DNA of 64,000 nt from Amphiscolops sp. MND2022 (Eukaryota). Under the pieces are notes generated by a model. That model made no database searches. It worked only from the letters and a program-made list of their open reading frames with translations, and was not told the origin of the DNA. The position numbers and the translations under genes were made by a program. Below are positions 1-12,837 of the stretch, one piece after another (the stretch's first letter is position 1; the number at the start of each line of letters is the position of its first letter). The DNA is taken from positions 42,534,001 through 42,598,000 of the forward strand of contig OZ076413.1 of the NCBI GenBank assembly GCA_964187785.1, written 5' to 3'.

Positions 1-218
1 CAGTGTCACAACCTCACTGTTGTGCTGGTGCCATTGGGTAATTCTTAAGAAAACGAGAACTGCAAAACCCGATTTCCAGAAATTCATGAATTTTAGATGG
101 TCAACAAGGACAATAAACTAATCCCCCAGCTTCTTACTTTAGTCATGTAATTTCATATTTGTTAACCAAATTTCATACTGAATTCAGATTGTTATACATC
201 TGAAGTATTAGAAGCGTA

Positions 219-2621
219 AATTTAATCCTTCATTACATACTTTTGAGAGCTTATAATTGCATAAAACCCAGGTTAGAGTAGAGCAAACACGTGCTAATGA
301 GTAATATGTTACGTAATAATGATTCTTGTCTAGCCCAATTTAGCTTAATTACCATTTTGTGCTAGTGACTATGCGGTACTATGCGGTTCGAGTAGTACCA
401 CATACTCGTCATTATGCGTTTTTGTCAAGTTCACTATGCGGCATCCTACGGTTCGAGGTGCGACGAGTACTCGTCACTATACGTCACAACACTGTACGTC
501 ACACTGCGGTTCGAGTAGTGACGTATACTCGTCACTATGCGGATTCAGCAGTATTAGCTACAAATACCAGTGTTGCTAGAGTAATCCAAATTGCGTTTAA
601 AATAAACTTTTGTATGATGCTATTTATTGAATTCTAGGGTCTTAGTGCTCTATATTTCTTGAGATATAAATAGAATGACGTCTCCTGACGTAATTCTATT
701 TTTGCAAATCCCTGTATGATACCTGTAAAAAGGAGTGTCATACTTTTAATTTTGAGACCGTTAGTGCAGTTTTAGACCAATCATTCCAAAACATAACTTC
801 AGTTGAAAGCAGTAACTCTCAAAAGAAACTTCCCAACTGCCATGTAAATCAATTTTCATCAACTTTGTTCACCAATTGAACTTTGCTTCATCATTAAACT
901 GCAAAGAAATTCAACTATTTCTCGGCAAGAAAACCTTGTTTTTCACTTGAGTGAGATGGGAAACAGAAGAAACAGGAGACAAGTGATATCGAAAAAGACA
1001 TTCGGGATCCAAAAATGAGAGGTCTATAGGAGTTCCCGCATCTAATAACAAAAATCCAGAATCAGAAAACGACGATAATCCTCTCAGAGCTTCAAAAATG
1101 AAAGACTTAAGACATCCAGCCAAATCATTGTACCAAAACGAACTGAACTTAGAAGACGGAATAATAACTTCAGAAGAGGATTATCACATGGTGACAGGAG
1201 CCAACCGACAACTCCGTAGACAAATCTTGCAAAATGCTCAATTTTTATACGACACGACAAGATCCCACGCAAGCCAAGACACATCAAATTCAACGAAATT
1301 ACAGTTTGACCCAAATAACCAAATGGCAATAGCAATAACGAAACTGGATACTCTCAACCATTGCTTTTTCATGCAAAAACAACCACCTCCCTCCCTCGTC
1401 AGTTCAAGAAACAGTGGGGGAGCCCAGTGGAACAACCCACTGGACCAAAAAGAGGAATTTTGATAGAAAGTTCAACAAACAGATGATGATGATTTAGTTA
1501 CACCAAAAACTCAATAATACAAAACGAATCTACCCACAAAAACAGACAAACGACCCCAGAAAACTCCCAAAATACCTCATTACAAAGCAAACACAACAAG
1601 ACGCGAACGAATAAACGCTGGAAAATACAACTTTGGTTCCAATCATAACCCAATTTAATTCTTCATTACATACTTTTGAGAGCATATGATTGCATAAAAC
1701 CCAGGTTAGAGTAGAGCAAACACGTGCTAATGAGTAATATGTTACGTAATAATGATTCGTGTCTAGTCCAATTTAGCTTAATTACCATTTTGTGCTAGTG
1801 ACTATTCGGTACTATGCGGTTCGAGTAGTACCACATACTCGTCATTATGCGTTTTTGTCAAGTTCACTATGCGGCATCCTACGGTTCGAGGTGCGACGAG
1901 TACTCGTCACTATACGTCACAACACTGTACGTCACACTGCGGTTCGAGTAGTGACGTATACTCGTCACTATGCGGATTCAGCAGTATTAGCTACAAATAC
2001 CAGTGTTGCTAGAGTAATCTAAATTGCGTTCAAAATAACCATTTGTATGATGCAGTTTATTGAATTCTATGTTCTTGGTGCTCTATATTTCTTGAGATAT
2101 AAATAGAATGACGTCTCCTGACGTAATTCTATTTTTGCAAATCCCTGTATGATACCTGTAAAAAGGAGTGTCATACTTTTATTTTTGAGACCATTAGTGC
2201 AGTTTTAGACCGATCATTCCAAAAAATAACTTCAGTTGAAAGCAGTAACTCTCAAAAGAAACTTCCCAACTGCCATGTAAATAAATTTTCATCAACTTTG
2301 TTCACCAATTGAACTTTGCTTCATCATAAAACTGTAAAGAAATTCAACTATTTCTCGGCAAGAAAACCTTGTTTTTCACTTGAGTGAGATGGGAAACAGA
2401 AGAAACAGGAGACAAGTGATATTGAAAAAGACATTCGGGATCCAAAAATGAGAGGTCTATAGGAGTTCGCGCATCTAATAACAAAAATCCAGAATCAGAA
2501 AACGACGATAATCCTCTCAGAGCTTCAAAAATGAAAGACTTAAGACATCCAGCCAAATCATTGTGCCAAAACGAACTGAACTTAGAAGACGAAATAATAG
2601 CTTCAGAAGAGGATTATCACA
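219..2621 (+). repeat. Direct duplication: 219-1188 repeated at 1652-2621 (offset 1433 bp)
   Basis: Near-identical ~970-bp copies; ORF track gives twin ORFs 359/1792 and 911/2344, both offset by 1433. Second copy ends just before a MITE at ~2650. Confidence 0.95.
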
Positions 2622-2649
2622 ACCAGGTTTGAAAATGTCACCTCCAAAG

Positions 2650-3522
2650 GTTGAGCGACAATTCGTCCCAAGCGACAATTCGTCCCAAATTCCAAACAGC
2701 GACAATTCGACTCAAATTCCAAAAAGCGACAATTCGTTCCAAATTCCAAAAAGCGACAATTCGACTCAAATTCCAAAAAGCGACAATTCGTCCCAAGCGG
2801 CAGTTTGTCCCATTTTGAAAAGGCGACAATTCGTCTCATTTGTAAAAGTGACAATTCGTCCCAAATTGTTTAATTGATCATCTAATTAACAACGTTTCGA
2901 AGATTAAGTAAGAAGTTTATATTACATTTGAGTCGAAATTGCCGCGAAGTTTTACATGCACCGTCAAAAAATGCCGGGAAATTTTTTATAAAACATGGAA
3001 AATTCAGGTACCATGCATGAAAACATTTGTAGGATTACTATGCAGCTTTCACTATTTGAGTTAAAACTGAAAACATTTCCACTTCTTCACCACAGCGATC
3101 ACTTTGTTTTCACGCGTAAGTTTCTCAAGTAAGTACATTATTTAAACACCGTTAGTCAAATAGCACGCTGAATTTGACGCTACTTTGAAACTTGCATCTT
3201 ATAGGCAGCTTGATAAATTTGAATTGTCTCAGTGAAGTTTCAGTGCATGGACGTTTCCTAGAGAATTTTATAAAATCATGAAAAATTAGCTTGGTAACTT
3301 ACAAAAACTTGTAACAAGTGCAAGCAGTTCCAACAAGGGAGCCCTAACTGTTGGTGCTAATTGATGATACATGCCTCTAATTATAATATTTCCGGATGCA
3401 TTGTTACAAAAGTGTTGATTGGCGATTAAATTGGGGTCGAATTGCAGCTTTTAATAATTGGGACGAGTTGACGCGTTTTCAAAATGGGACGAATCGTCGC
3501 TTGGGACAAATTGCCGCTTTAC
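2650..3522. mobile_element. Foldback-like MITE with arrays of GCGACAATTCGTCCCA subterminal repeats
   Basis: Left arm has tandem GCGACAATTCGTCCCA motifs, right arm has inverted TGGGACGAATnGTCGC motifs; same structure at 44622-45160. Confidence 0.8.
2929..3339 (-). mobile_element. Nested copy of the CCC...GGG (CACTA/EnSpm-like) non-autonomous element
   Basis: Reverse complement of the 51611-52184/43767-44299 family (with an internal deletion), sitting inside the 2650-3522 element. Confidence 0.75.
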
Positions 3523-3561
3523 TACTTCCAAAGCATTTAATCGCACCCTGCGACTTTTCAG

Positions 3562-4076
3562 GCGAAAACCTTTCAATTGTGTGTTTCAGGATTCGTCCTG
3601 TTAAGTTTTATGGCTATAGTCGACTCTATTGCCTTGACGTCAGACAATATTCTCATTGTGCTTCATGGAACCCCCCTAAATGCTCATGAAGTCCCCTTAC
3701 TTTGTGATGGATACGTTTTCACCAAAGTGACAGCTCTCAAAGCATCCTCGCTGTTGATTCTCTCGATCGCTTTGGAAAGGTTCTACGCAACCTATTACCC
3801 CTTTCCTTACAAAGAACACGTTTCGTTGACAATTCTGTTTAAAGTGGGGACAGTTTGCATCGTTATCGCGGCTCTGTCAGGTGGCTTGGTTTCAGCAACA
3901 CACGGGCATACTGCGATTGAGAAGTGCTTTGCTGTTCGCGAAGGTGTGAACGAAATTGTTGTGTCGGTGGTTGTAACGGAGTCAATATTCTTGTTTTTCC
4001 TAATACCCAGCGTTCTCACCTTTCTTCTCAACATACTGATAGTCGCGAAACTTCGACATCAAAATAAAAATCAAAG
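3562..4076 (+). CDS. Class A (rhodopsin-like) GPCR, internal exon encoding TM2-TM5
   Basis: Translation shows TM2 'SFMAIVDS', ECL1/TM3 Cys, 'SIALERFYATYYP' (D/ERY motif), ECL2 Cys and TM5 'FFLIPSVLTFLLNILIVAKLR'. Acceptor ttttcag at 3560-3561 (alternative at 3588-3589); donor AG|GT at 4076/4077, phase 2. Confidence 0.85.
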
Positions 4077-6499
4077 GTTCGGTTTGGTTCAGTTCAAACA
4101 TCAAATATCTTTTTAGAATGGTTCCTTTTGTTGAAGGAAATTGTCAACTATCATCAGGAAACCATCAATAGAGTGAAGTAGATCTACGCATCTTCTGCAG
4201 CCTTAAATTAGATGAATTAGCAAATAAGGACATTGACTTTCTTAATTTAGTAGTACTCGGATCTTCAAACTTAACGATGCAGCGCATTATGTCATTGCAA
4301 GGTATCTTGCAAGATATGCATTTTTCTGCACAGAATATTACAAAAAATGCATAAATCTTACAAATGTCTAACAAAAAAAAACATTTCTTGGATTTTAAAA
4401 AATCAACTTACGCGAAAAAAATTAAGACGCCCGCTGAGCAGCGAGATGTTTTCCGCCCCGAACTGTTCTAAAACTATATTAATTTGAGGTTCAAGATTAG
4501 CCAATGCTCTATAAAAACGCTAAAAAGTTAGAAGAAAAGAAAGCTTTGATTCATCTTCGACCAATTTTAAAGGAAATACCTATTTTATTAATTCTGCGAT
4601 AGCTGGCTAGTTTTCGTTTTTTCGGCACTATGCGATTTACCGAGTAAAAAAAATTTCCATTTTTTTTAAAACAATTTGCGAAAAACATTTTTCGTGATTT
4701 TTAGTTTTCGAAAGTTTTCTGTAAAGGAAATAAGTTTTGAGATTGACCTCTTCGTTACTTTTGATCATGTGCAACTGATGAGGTTTCTAATTGATTGTGG
4801 AAAATACCTCATTTCAGTTTTTTTTCGGCTCTGTGCCTCTTCCCGGAAGTTTCATTTGGTCGAAGGGTACCCCCTTGATTTCATAACTGATTTCGGCATG
4901 AGAAAAGTAGTTTGTGGGGTGAAACTTGTTTCGCCATCAAAAGACTTTACCGAACAAAAAAAAATGGCTTCCTGAGATTCCTGTTGGGGGAAAAGTGGTT
5001 TCCGAATCTCAGGCATATTTCTTGGGGTGTTTTTTGGCACTGAGAAAATGGTATACGCTTCAAACTAGGTCATTTGCAAGTTTAAGAAACTTGAGCGGCC
5101 CCAATTTGCTATATTATTGCACATAATTCCACCAGAAATGTGAAAAGTGGGAATATCTTCTTCAACTTTGGGATCAATTTGAGGAACTTTTCTCACATGA
5201 ATCTACACATGTATCTTCACAAATAAGCCCAATGGACACCGAATTCAGTTGTTGTTGAATGCATAGACCATTTTAACACGCTCTAAAATCTCGAAAAGTT
5301 TTCCTTTGGAAGGTGTACTCCCTATCTAGTGAGTTTGCATGGAGCTTATTGAATATTGAATGTTTGACAAACAAGGTCAAAATTTACGTTTTCAAGTAAA
5401 GTTTTTGTTGTGCGAATAAACTTGTCTAATATCTTGTCGAAAAACTACCTGTAGCTACACGTTTCAACCCCTGAGCCTATGGGTTTACTGATTGAAGTAA
5501 ACTTTCGGGAAAGGTCCAGAAGAGTGACCATGTTGTCGAAAATTGAGGAAAATCGAAACTTTTGTTACCGTTATTGTAAACTCGACGAACTTCTTCCTAC
5601 TTTTTTTCCAATATGCATTTTTATTGCCCTATTTTTTCAACGCTCGGATCAATGGAAGTTCTATTTTACGAAGAATTTTGTACTTTGAACAAAAAACTGA
5701 ATAAACTTGTCAAAAAACGTGCCGTTTTGTTGTCAAGGGGTTTTGGGTGCTTTGAGGCCAATTCCAACAAAAAAGTGCAATGATGTCTTCAAAATTGGCT
5801 ACTGGACACCAGGATTAGTCATTGTTGAGCCTTCAAAACCCTTTTATTCAAGGACGTAGCTCAAAAATTGTACGAAAAACTACGTAAAAATGTAAAAAAG
5901 AATTTGAAATTTCTCAGTTATTGTATTATTTGTGTCATTCTGAGAAAACTGTTTGCCATAAGATATTTAGAGTTTTCTCAACAAACCGTGCTGTGGATCT
6001 AGTTTTATCATCTGGAGCTCTTTGAAGCTTTTATCTTACCGAAATTCTCCAATCTTGAATAAAAATTCACTGAAAATGTCAGAAACTTGCCAAAATTTTG
6101 ACAATTTCGACATTTTGCGGTCAATGTTGATTCATTTTCCAACCGAATTCTGCAAATGTTTCGTTAAAAGCCGACAGAAGTTTGAGTTCAATCTTTGTTG
6201 ATTTATGCCATCATTCTGACTCAAAATAGACATAGGTTGTTTAAAAATAAAGATGTCGAACTTTTTCGACTCATTTGGAGTTATTCTGAAGTGTTTTTGA
6301 AGCAATGCGCTGGAACGTTCTCTTCAATTCTTCGCTCATTCTTTCGTTGTTGAATGTGTTGGAACTTCTGACGAAAAATCTTGGAAATTGTATCAAAAAC
6401 GACAAAAATTTCGAGTTTTTCGACATTTTCAAGGTCAATTTGAAGCATTTCCTTTAGAAATTGAACTTATCTCTTGACGAAAGCTCACGGAAACAACAA

Positions 6500-7330
6500 A
6501 GTGCCCTTTGTTTAGGGGTTTCATTCTTCTAGTCTACGAAGTCTATCAATAGTTTGACAAATTATGAACAAAAATGGTGAAAATAGGAAAATTCGTGACA
6601 TTTTGTCTTTTTCGATGTCAATTCCAGCCATTTTTCATTTGAAAAACTGCATTTATCTCTCCACTAAGCAAACTGGAATACCATTTCATTCCTTGTTGAC
6701 CCCATCTAACATTCCAATTTCCGGAGTGTGTCAATCAAAAGTTTGGAAAATCTGCATAAAAACATTTCAAACTGGAAAACTTTGTGTTTTTTGTCATTTT
6801 CGGTGCCAATTTGAGACTTTTATCATTCAAACAACTGAGATTATCTCATCTTTAAAGAACACTGGACAACGAGTTGCTACCTTGGCGAACGTTTCCAACA
6901 TTCCAATCCACGAAGTCTGTCGAAATTGTGACAGAAAATGAGTAAAAACTTTGCAAAACCGAAAAGTTTCAGTTTTTGTCTTTTTCGGTGCCAATTTGAG
7001 ATTTTTTCACTCACAAAACTGCAATAAACTCTTCAGAAAGGTCTACTGGACAAATTCATTTTCCTTGCTGACGTTTTCCAACATTCCAATCCACAAACTC
7101 AGTCAAAAATCTGACGAAAATTTTGAAAAACGGAAATATTTGAGGTTTTGTCATTTTCGGTGTCAATTTGAGACATTTTTCATTTGAAAAACAGCAATTA
7201 TATTTTCAGAAAAGCTTACTGGACAACAAATACGTTTTCAACTTTCTAATTCAAGAAGTCTGTCGAAAAATTGCATTAAAACGTAAAACAATAAGAAATT
7301 TTTGCAAATTTTCTCATTTTTGGGGTCATT
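6500..7330 (+). repeat. Degenerate tandem repeat, ~175-185-bp unit, in the GPCR intron
   Basis: Motif TTTTGTCaTTTTCGGTGcCAATTTGAGA recurs at ~6788, ~6973, ~7146; AACATTCCAAT and CTGGACAA recur with similar spacing. Confidence 0.65.
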
Positions 7331-7652
7331 TTTGGGTCATTCTGGGGTACTTGGGGTCAACTAAAAAAGTCCAGAATTCTCCACAATTACATATCGCACG
7401 AAGCTAAATTAATATAAGTTGAATTCTATGGGTAACATTCTCGAAGTTAAATATCAATTTGGTGCTTGGCAACTTTTGTAAAAAAAAATAAACCCGTTTG
7501 ATGTAAAATAACTCCGGAAAATAACAATCTTAACGCGAAAGTGTTATAATTGCCCCTTATTGAAGCTTAGGTAATCTAGAGGAAAAATCCTTTCTTCTCG
7601 GAAACCTATACCTAGAGCAATCCTTACAAAACATACGTTTCTGATTTTCAAT

Positions 7653-7903
7653 TATTTCGACAAAAAATTCGTTCAAATTTCTTCAGAGTTGATCTCGTAC
7701 CCGTATCTGAAATGGGGAGCGGGAATAACGTCTAATTGCAAATCGGGAATGCCATTCCCTATGTTAAAACATTAATTTTACACGTTATTCCTTAGACGTT
7801 TTTCGCGCTACTAGTCTAGACGTTATTCCCCTCGCTCCCCGTGTACGAGATACGGGTACGAGATCAACTCTGAAGAAATTTGAACGAAAATTTGCTCGAA
7901 ATA
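7653..7903. mobile_element. MITE with ~80-bp imperfect terminal inverted repeats
   Basis: TTCGTTCAAATTTCTTCAGAGTTGATCTCGTACCCGTATCT (7668-7708) is inverted at 7848-7888; GGGGAGCGGGAATAACGTCTA pairs with TAGACGTTATTCCCCTCGCTCCCC. Confidence 0.8.
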
Positions 7904-8195
7904 TTTAAACATCAGAAATGTATGGTTTTGAAAATTTTTGTATAAAGGACGCAAATTCTGCAAAATGAATCTTGCAAATTTCTGCTCTTGAATCTTGCAA
8001 GAAATGTAGTGATATGTACCAAACTTGCAAAAATTGCGATTCTCTCACAAACTTGTAAGATTCTAGTAAGAAATACAAAGTTGGCAAGAATTTCGGAAGA
8101 ATTTTGCATGATTTGTGATTCTTGTAACCTACGGTGTCTTCAAATTTCTAGAAATATTTTAGTAGTATACTTTCTTAGAAAGTCAAGTTTTTTAG

Positions 8196-8472
8196 TTCTG
8201 AAAGGCAACAAGCTACGTCTGCAGCGTCGAAAATGCTCTTCGCCGTGTCGGCAGTTTTTCTATTTTCGATGACGTTACTGAGTGGGACTTCGTTGGTTCT
8301 GGGTTATCTCAACGCCAATCAGATGAACGACCTCATTGTCGTTTATGAGATTCTTTCGAAACTGTTTGTGGTAGGGCTCAACGTGAATACTTGCTCCAAT
8401 TTTCCAGTCCTTCTCATCACAATGAAATCATTCCGAGAAGTTCTGAAGAAAATACTTGGTATTCAGCAATAA
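8196..8472 (+). CDS. Same GPCR, last exon encoding TM6, TM7 and helix 8
   Basis: Acceptor tttttag at 8194-8195 is phase-compatible with the 4076 donor. Translation 'KMLFAVSAVFLFSM...LNVNTCSNFPVLLITMKSFREVLKKIL' fits TM6, TM7 (NxxxNF variant of NPxxY) and the 'FRE' helix 8; stop at 8470-8472. Confidence 0.82.
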
Positions 8473-10473
8473 ATCAAAAGGGAGTTTAAGTGTGGTCTGA
8501 AGGCATGAAACAAATTGAAGCTTCAGCAGCTAAAAAAAAAACATTTTTTGTGTAGAAAGACTCAAAAGTCCTATTGTCATTCAACTATCCATTTAAAAAA
8601 ATGAAATCCAGTGTAAAATCTCGTCCTCCCCCACTTTCCACAACATATCTTTCACTTTCCATTGTCACAATTCAATTTTAATTGAAATTCTTTGTATAAC
8701 AACTCTTCAAGATTCAAATAGCAACATCGGCATTCAATATATTCCCTGTGGTTTTTCAAATGCGAGGTGCGAGTAAAGCAGGTTATAGTTCATCTTTTTA
8801 TGAATAGAGGTGAAACAAGAAAAAAGACCCAATGTTTTTCGACTCGAAAATTTTTTTGGTATGTGAAAAATAGTTTTCCGTAGACACAAGTTTTCACTTT
8901 GAATTTGCGACACAATTTTGGCACAATTGATGACTCGCCTCGTTAGCTGAAATTGGCACTTCTATACCAAAAAATTGCACTCCTCAAAACTGCTACGTTT
9001 GTAAACAAGGCTCTGAATTTTGTTCAGAAAAACCAACATATACATACAGTCATGCAAAACATGAGAAAAACAAGCAAGAACATAGACATGACGTCAGAGA
9101 GACTGGAACATGTCCGGAAAAAATGTAGCTCGAGATCAAGTTCTTGCTCTAATAAAATATCTTGAATCAAATCAAAACCACAGTCTTTACCTGTATCCAG
9201 AAACTATTACGGCTATTTTAATCAACACGGTTGCATGTACACTGAATTTAACAAAGTGTCTCCACAATGAAAGAGCTAAACAAGCACCACCGGGATAATT
9301 TACGCCCCAAACTGTTCTAGCAACGTCATAACTTTGAGGCTCGAAAGTAGCAAATGCACAATAATAATGCAAACGAGTTTTAAAATTTTGACCCAATTTT
9401 CCATCCTATCCTATTTTGAAAGGAGACACTTAATTTAATAACACGCTACGTACCTTATTGCTTTGTTCTAAAGTACCCAAGTCAATTAAAAAATTGTAAC
9501 CTAAACGCCAATAACAATGTTAAAGAGAGAACAAATTAGTTTTCCGCAGAAACCGCGATTGGCCCATTTTTGATTTTCAAGACTGATACGTTTCTCGATA
9601 CCATCTCCCCACAGCAAGATACAATACCATAGTTGCAGGCGTGTGGTCAACTGTTGCTGAACTTGAACAAGTGAATTTCACAAAAATCTGACTGCCTGTG
9701 GTTGCCTTTTCACTTTTGGTTTCAATTTTTGAAAATTCTCATCACAAAAACATGGTGAGTAGTAATTCAGATCAAACTAAAACATTATCTATTTTAAGAA
9801 AATATTTGGAAATTGTCGGAAATCCGAAGTATAATGCCAAAAATGAGGATGTTTTGGCGAATTTTTGTTCTCATTTCGGCAAACTTTTCCGACAACAGAA
9901 GTGCAGAAAACTCCGAAAAAAAACTGAACTAGTCTACTGGAGAACAATTTTTCCTGGTTGAACGTTCGTAATATTCGAACCCACAGATTCTTTCAAAAAG
10001 TTTTACAAAAAGTGCATTAAAACGTCGACAAAACAACTTTTTAGGATAATGCGACTACGTTGGGTCATTTTGGGGATTATATTTTGCAAAAAAACTGCCA
10101 ATGTTTTTCAATGAAGCGTATTGCGTAGCTAGTGTTTTCGTTTTGACCTTTTTAAACCTTCTGAAAACTATTTAAATATAATTGATGTATAATATGTGTA
10201 ATAACCTAAAATCGTCACAAAATGTAAAATTCGATATTTTCTACTTCTCAGCTTCTGAGGTACATTTCTTACCAGAAACTGCCTAAAGCCTACTTGTTAC
10301 TCAGTGTTTTGGACTTTCGAGCAAAATAACCCGTTTTTGCTTGTTATTTCTTTCACTTTCCTGTTTTACTTTTTTAACCCTCAGTTTTGTTGATAATCTC
10401 GTTGTTTAAGTAAATTTGATTTCTTTGCAGTCATTGTTAGTTTGCTTAGTGAGGCAGAAATTACCCAGCATAG

Positions 10474-10974
10474 TTTTTAGTCGGCGCATTTTAGAAGAAA
10501 ATGAGCCCGACTATTACAGTGGCAAGTTTTTTTTTCTTTTTTTTCGTCAGACCACAGAATGTATGCGTAGTGGACACTTTTTACAGAACTACTAAAAGTA
10601 CTGCACCGGCAAGCGGAATCATATCTGAGTTACTGCAAAGGGTCCCCCCTTTCGTGTACTCAATTTTTAACGTAAGATACAAAACCGGACGGAACTACAG
10701 GGTCCCCCCTTTGAATTTTTTTCGGCACTGTGCGACTTTTTTTTCGAAATTTTTTTAATGTCCCCAAAGGGTCCCCCCTTGGAGTTTTTTGTTATTTTGC
10801 AACAGAATGTGTGTTTATAAATCAAAAAGGGTCCCCCCTTTTACATTTTTCGGCACTACGCGACATTTTCCGAAAGAAAAATTTTTTTCGAAAATTTCAA
10901 GTTTTTTCCAAAAAAATGTTTTGCGCTTTTTGAGACTTAGATATAGCGCCGACTTGAGACGTTCCCGTCTTGTT
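10474..10974 (+). mobile_element. Helentron-associated non-autonomous element (HINE/DINE-1-like)
   Basis: 5' TTTTT-AGTCGGCGC, asymmetric subterminal inverted copy GCGCCGACT (10946-10954), 3' hairpin AGACG-ttcc-CGTCT, T-rich end; internal GGGTCCCCCCTT repeats. Confidence 0.7.
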
Positions 10975-12391
10975 TTTTATACTGAACACGAAAGTGTGTT
11001 AACTTGTAGTAAATCAGAGGACATTCTCTCATAAGTTCAAATTCACAAATAAAAATTGGTTTCTAAATTGTTTTGCTCTATTTTTCGATGTGCCTCAGTT
11101 GATGTTTAACCATATTAGAACGGAAAGTTGACTTCTTTGGAGAAAGTTGAGAGTGTTCTGGAGGTTGAAGTTCTTCAGATTACAACTTTACTCAGTATAG
11201 TTTTCCAGGGCTTTGCTAAAAATCCAAAGTAATCGTCATACTAGGGAAAGGCCACCAGTGCGAACGCTTTAGCTATTTGAATCAACCCTTACATTTTTTG
11301 CCGGGAAGAATGCGTTTTTAGTCACTATTTTAGACTTTTTCTGTTTTCAATTCTCAGCTTTGTTGGATTTGCAGATACCCAACCGGTTTGCTTTTCATTA
11401 TAATTTAGAACAAAATTTCTATTTAACTGGACATTGCATTCAAATCCGTCAGGTTGACCAAATTACTAAACAGCAGACAATTTAGCAGAAATGATTGCTC
11501 AAAGATAGCAACAGTTGACCCAACTGACCCAAAAGTAATGACGAGAACAAAAAGCGGAACGGAACATTTCAAGTTTTGTTGTTTACTGACGCCTTGAAGA
11601 ATGCATCCAACTCCTCAGAAAGAGAAAACACGAAGTGCAGTTTGCTGAAACAATTTAAGCACTATCGCCGACAACCTTGATAATCGAAGAACTGAATGCC
11701 AAAGGAAGAGATTATCACCCCAACATATAAAAATTGGGTAGTCTTTATCAAGATTATACCAAATCTGTAAATCCGTTGAAGGAATAAAAAACGAAAGCGA
11801 AAGTTGCATTCACTTGCACAAAGTCAAGTGTCAGTCAGAGCGTCGCAAGATTTTGCAACATCAGAAAAGTAGCCTGGAAGAACTTTACCAAAAATTTGGC
11901 GCTTTATTGAAACCACTACTTGGCTTCTCTGTAATTCAGCGGCGAAAAATAAAGGTCAAATTCGACGTTTTTATAAACTGTCAGATCACTTTTTTAGGGA
12001 TCATGATACAATCAATGAAGGAATAAAGATGACAGACTCACTGATCGCACAGGGCGCCAGATCTAGTAGAATCAAAGATTCTCTAACCTAAAGTTACAAA
12101 GAAAAAAGATGAAGTGGATAAAGCGCTGAATGAGCAACGAAACGAACTTAAATTGGACATCGGAAATTATCTGCTGGACTGGGATTGGTTCCCGCTCGAA
12201 GCAAATTATTCAACGTTTCAGAAGTATACAAAACTAGAGATAATTAAAATGAATAATAAATAATCAAAAATAAACTTGTAGCATTCTTTGTTGTCAGGCC
12301 CAAATTGGAATGCCTAATTGTAGGCAACACATGTTTTTTCATCTTCTCTAATTGAACCACTATACTAATAGCTTCTTATGATGCATCATGC

Positions 12392-12837
12392 AACATTAAA
12401 ATATTTCGGAAGAACTATTATGAGGTTGTTAAAATCTAAAACAGGGGACCTTTTCGTCTTTTCTAGTTTTGAAAAAAGTAAGTTTGACTGAATTGGGCCC
12501 TTCAGATGGTTTCCAAAACAAAGGCCGGAGTTAGTATATCTACAAAAACTGCAAGAATACATTAAAGCCGAATTCCATGCAACAGGTCAAGAGCATTTTG
12601 GATAAGATCCTATGATAGGATCTTATCCAAAATGCTCTTGACCTGTTGCATGGAATTCGGCTTTAATGTATTCTTGCAGTTTTTGTAGATATACTAACTC
12701 CGGCCTTTGTTTTGGAAACCATCTGAAGGGCCCAATTCAGTCAAACTTACTTTTTTTCAAAACTAGAAAAGACGAAAAGGTCCTCTGTTTTAGATTTTAA
12801 CAACCTCATAATAGTTCTTCCGAAATATTTTAATGTT
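12392..12837. repeat. 446-bp near-perfect palindrome with 1-nt spacer
   Basis: Centre CCTAT-G-ATAGG at 12614; arms differ by about one substitution and one homopolymer indel. Confidence 0.97.

Noticed and set aside
1..50. GPCR TM1 exon ('TVVLVPLG|gtaatt')
   Set aside because: Too short and cut by the window edge; the phase-1 donor does not match the phase-0 acceptor at 3562, though it would fit the alternative at 3590. Unsupported without more sequence.
2654..2865. Regularly spaced GCGACAATTCG repeats resembling a CRISPR array
   Set aside because: Spacers are near-identical and short, the array is mirrored in inverted form at the other end of the element, there are no cas genes, and the context is eukaryotic.
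11600..12260. Coding-like stretch (ORF 11814-12026 and neighbours)
   Set aside because: Several stops and no recognisable motif; may be a decayed gene or TE but cannot be assigned.
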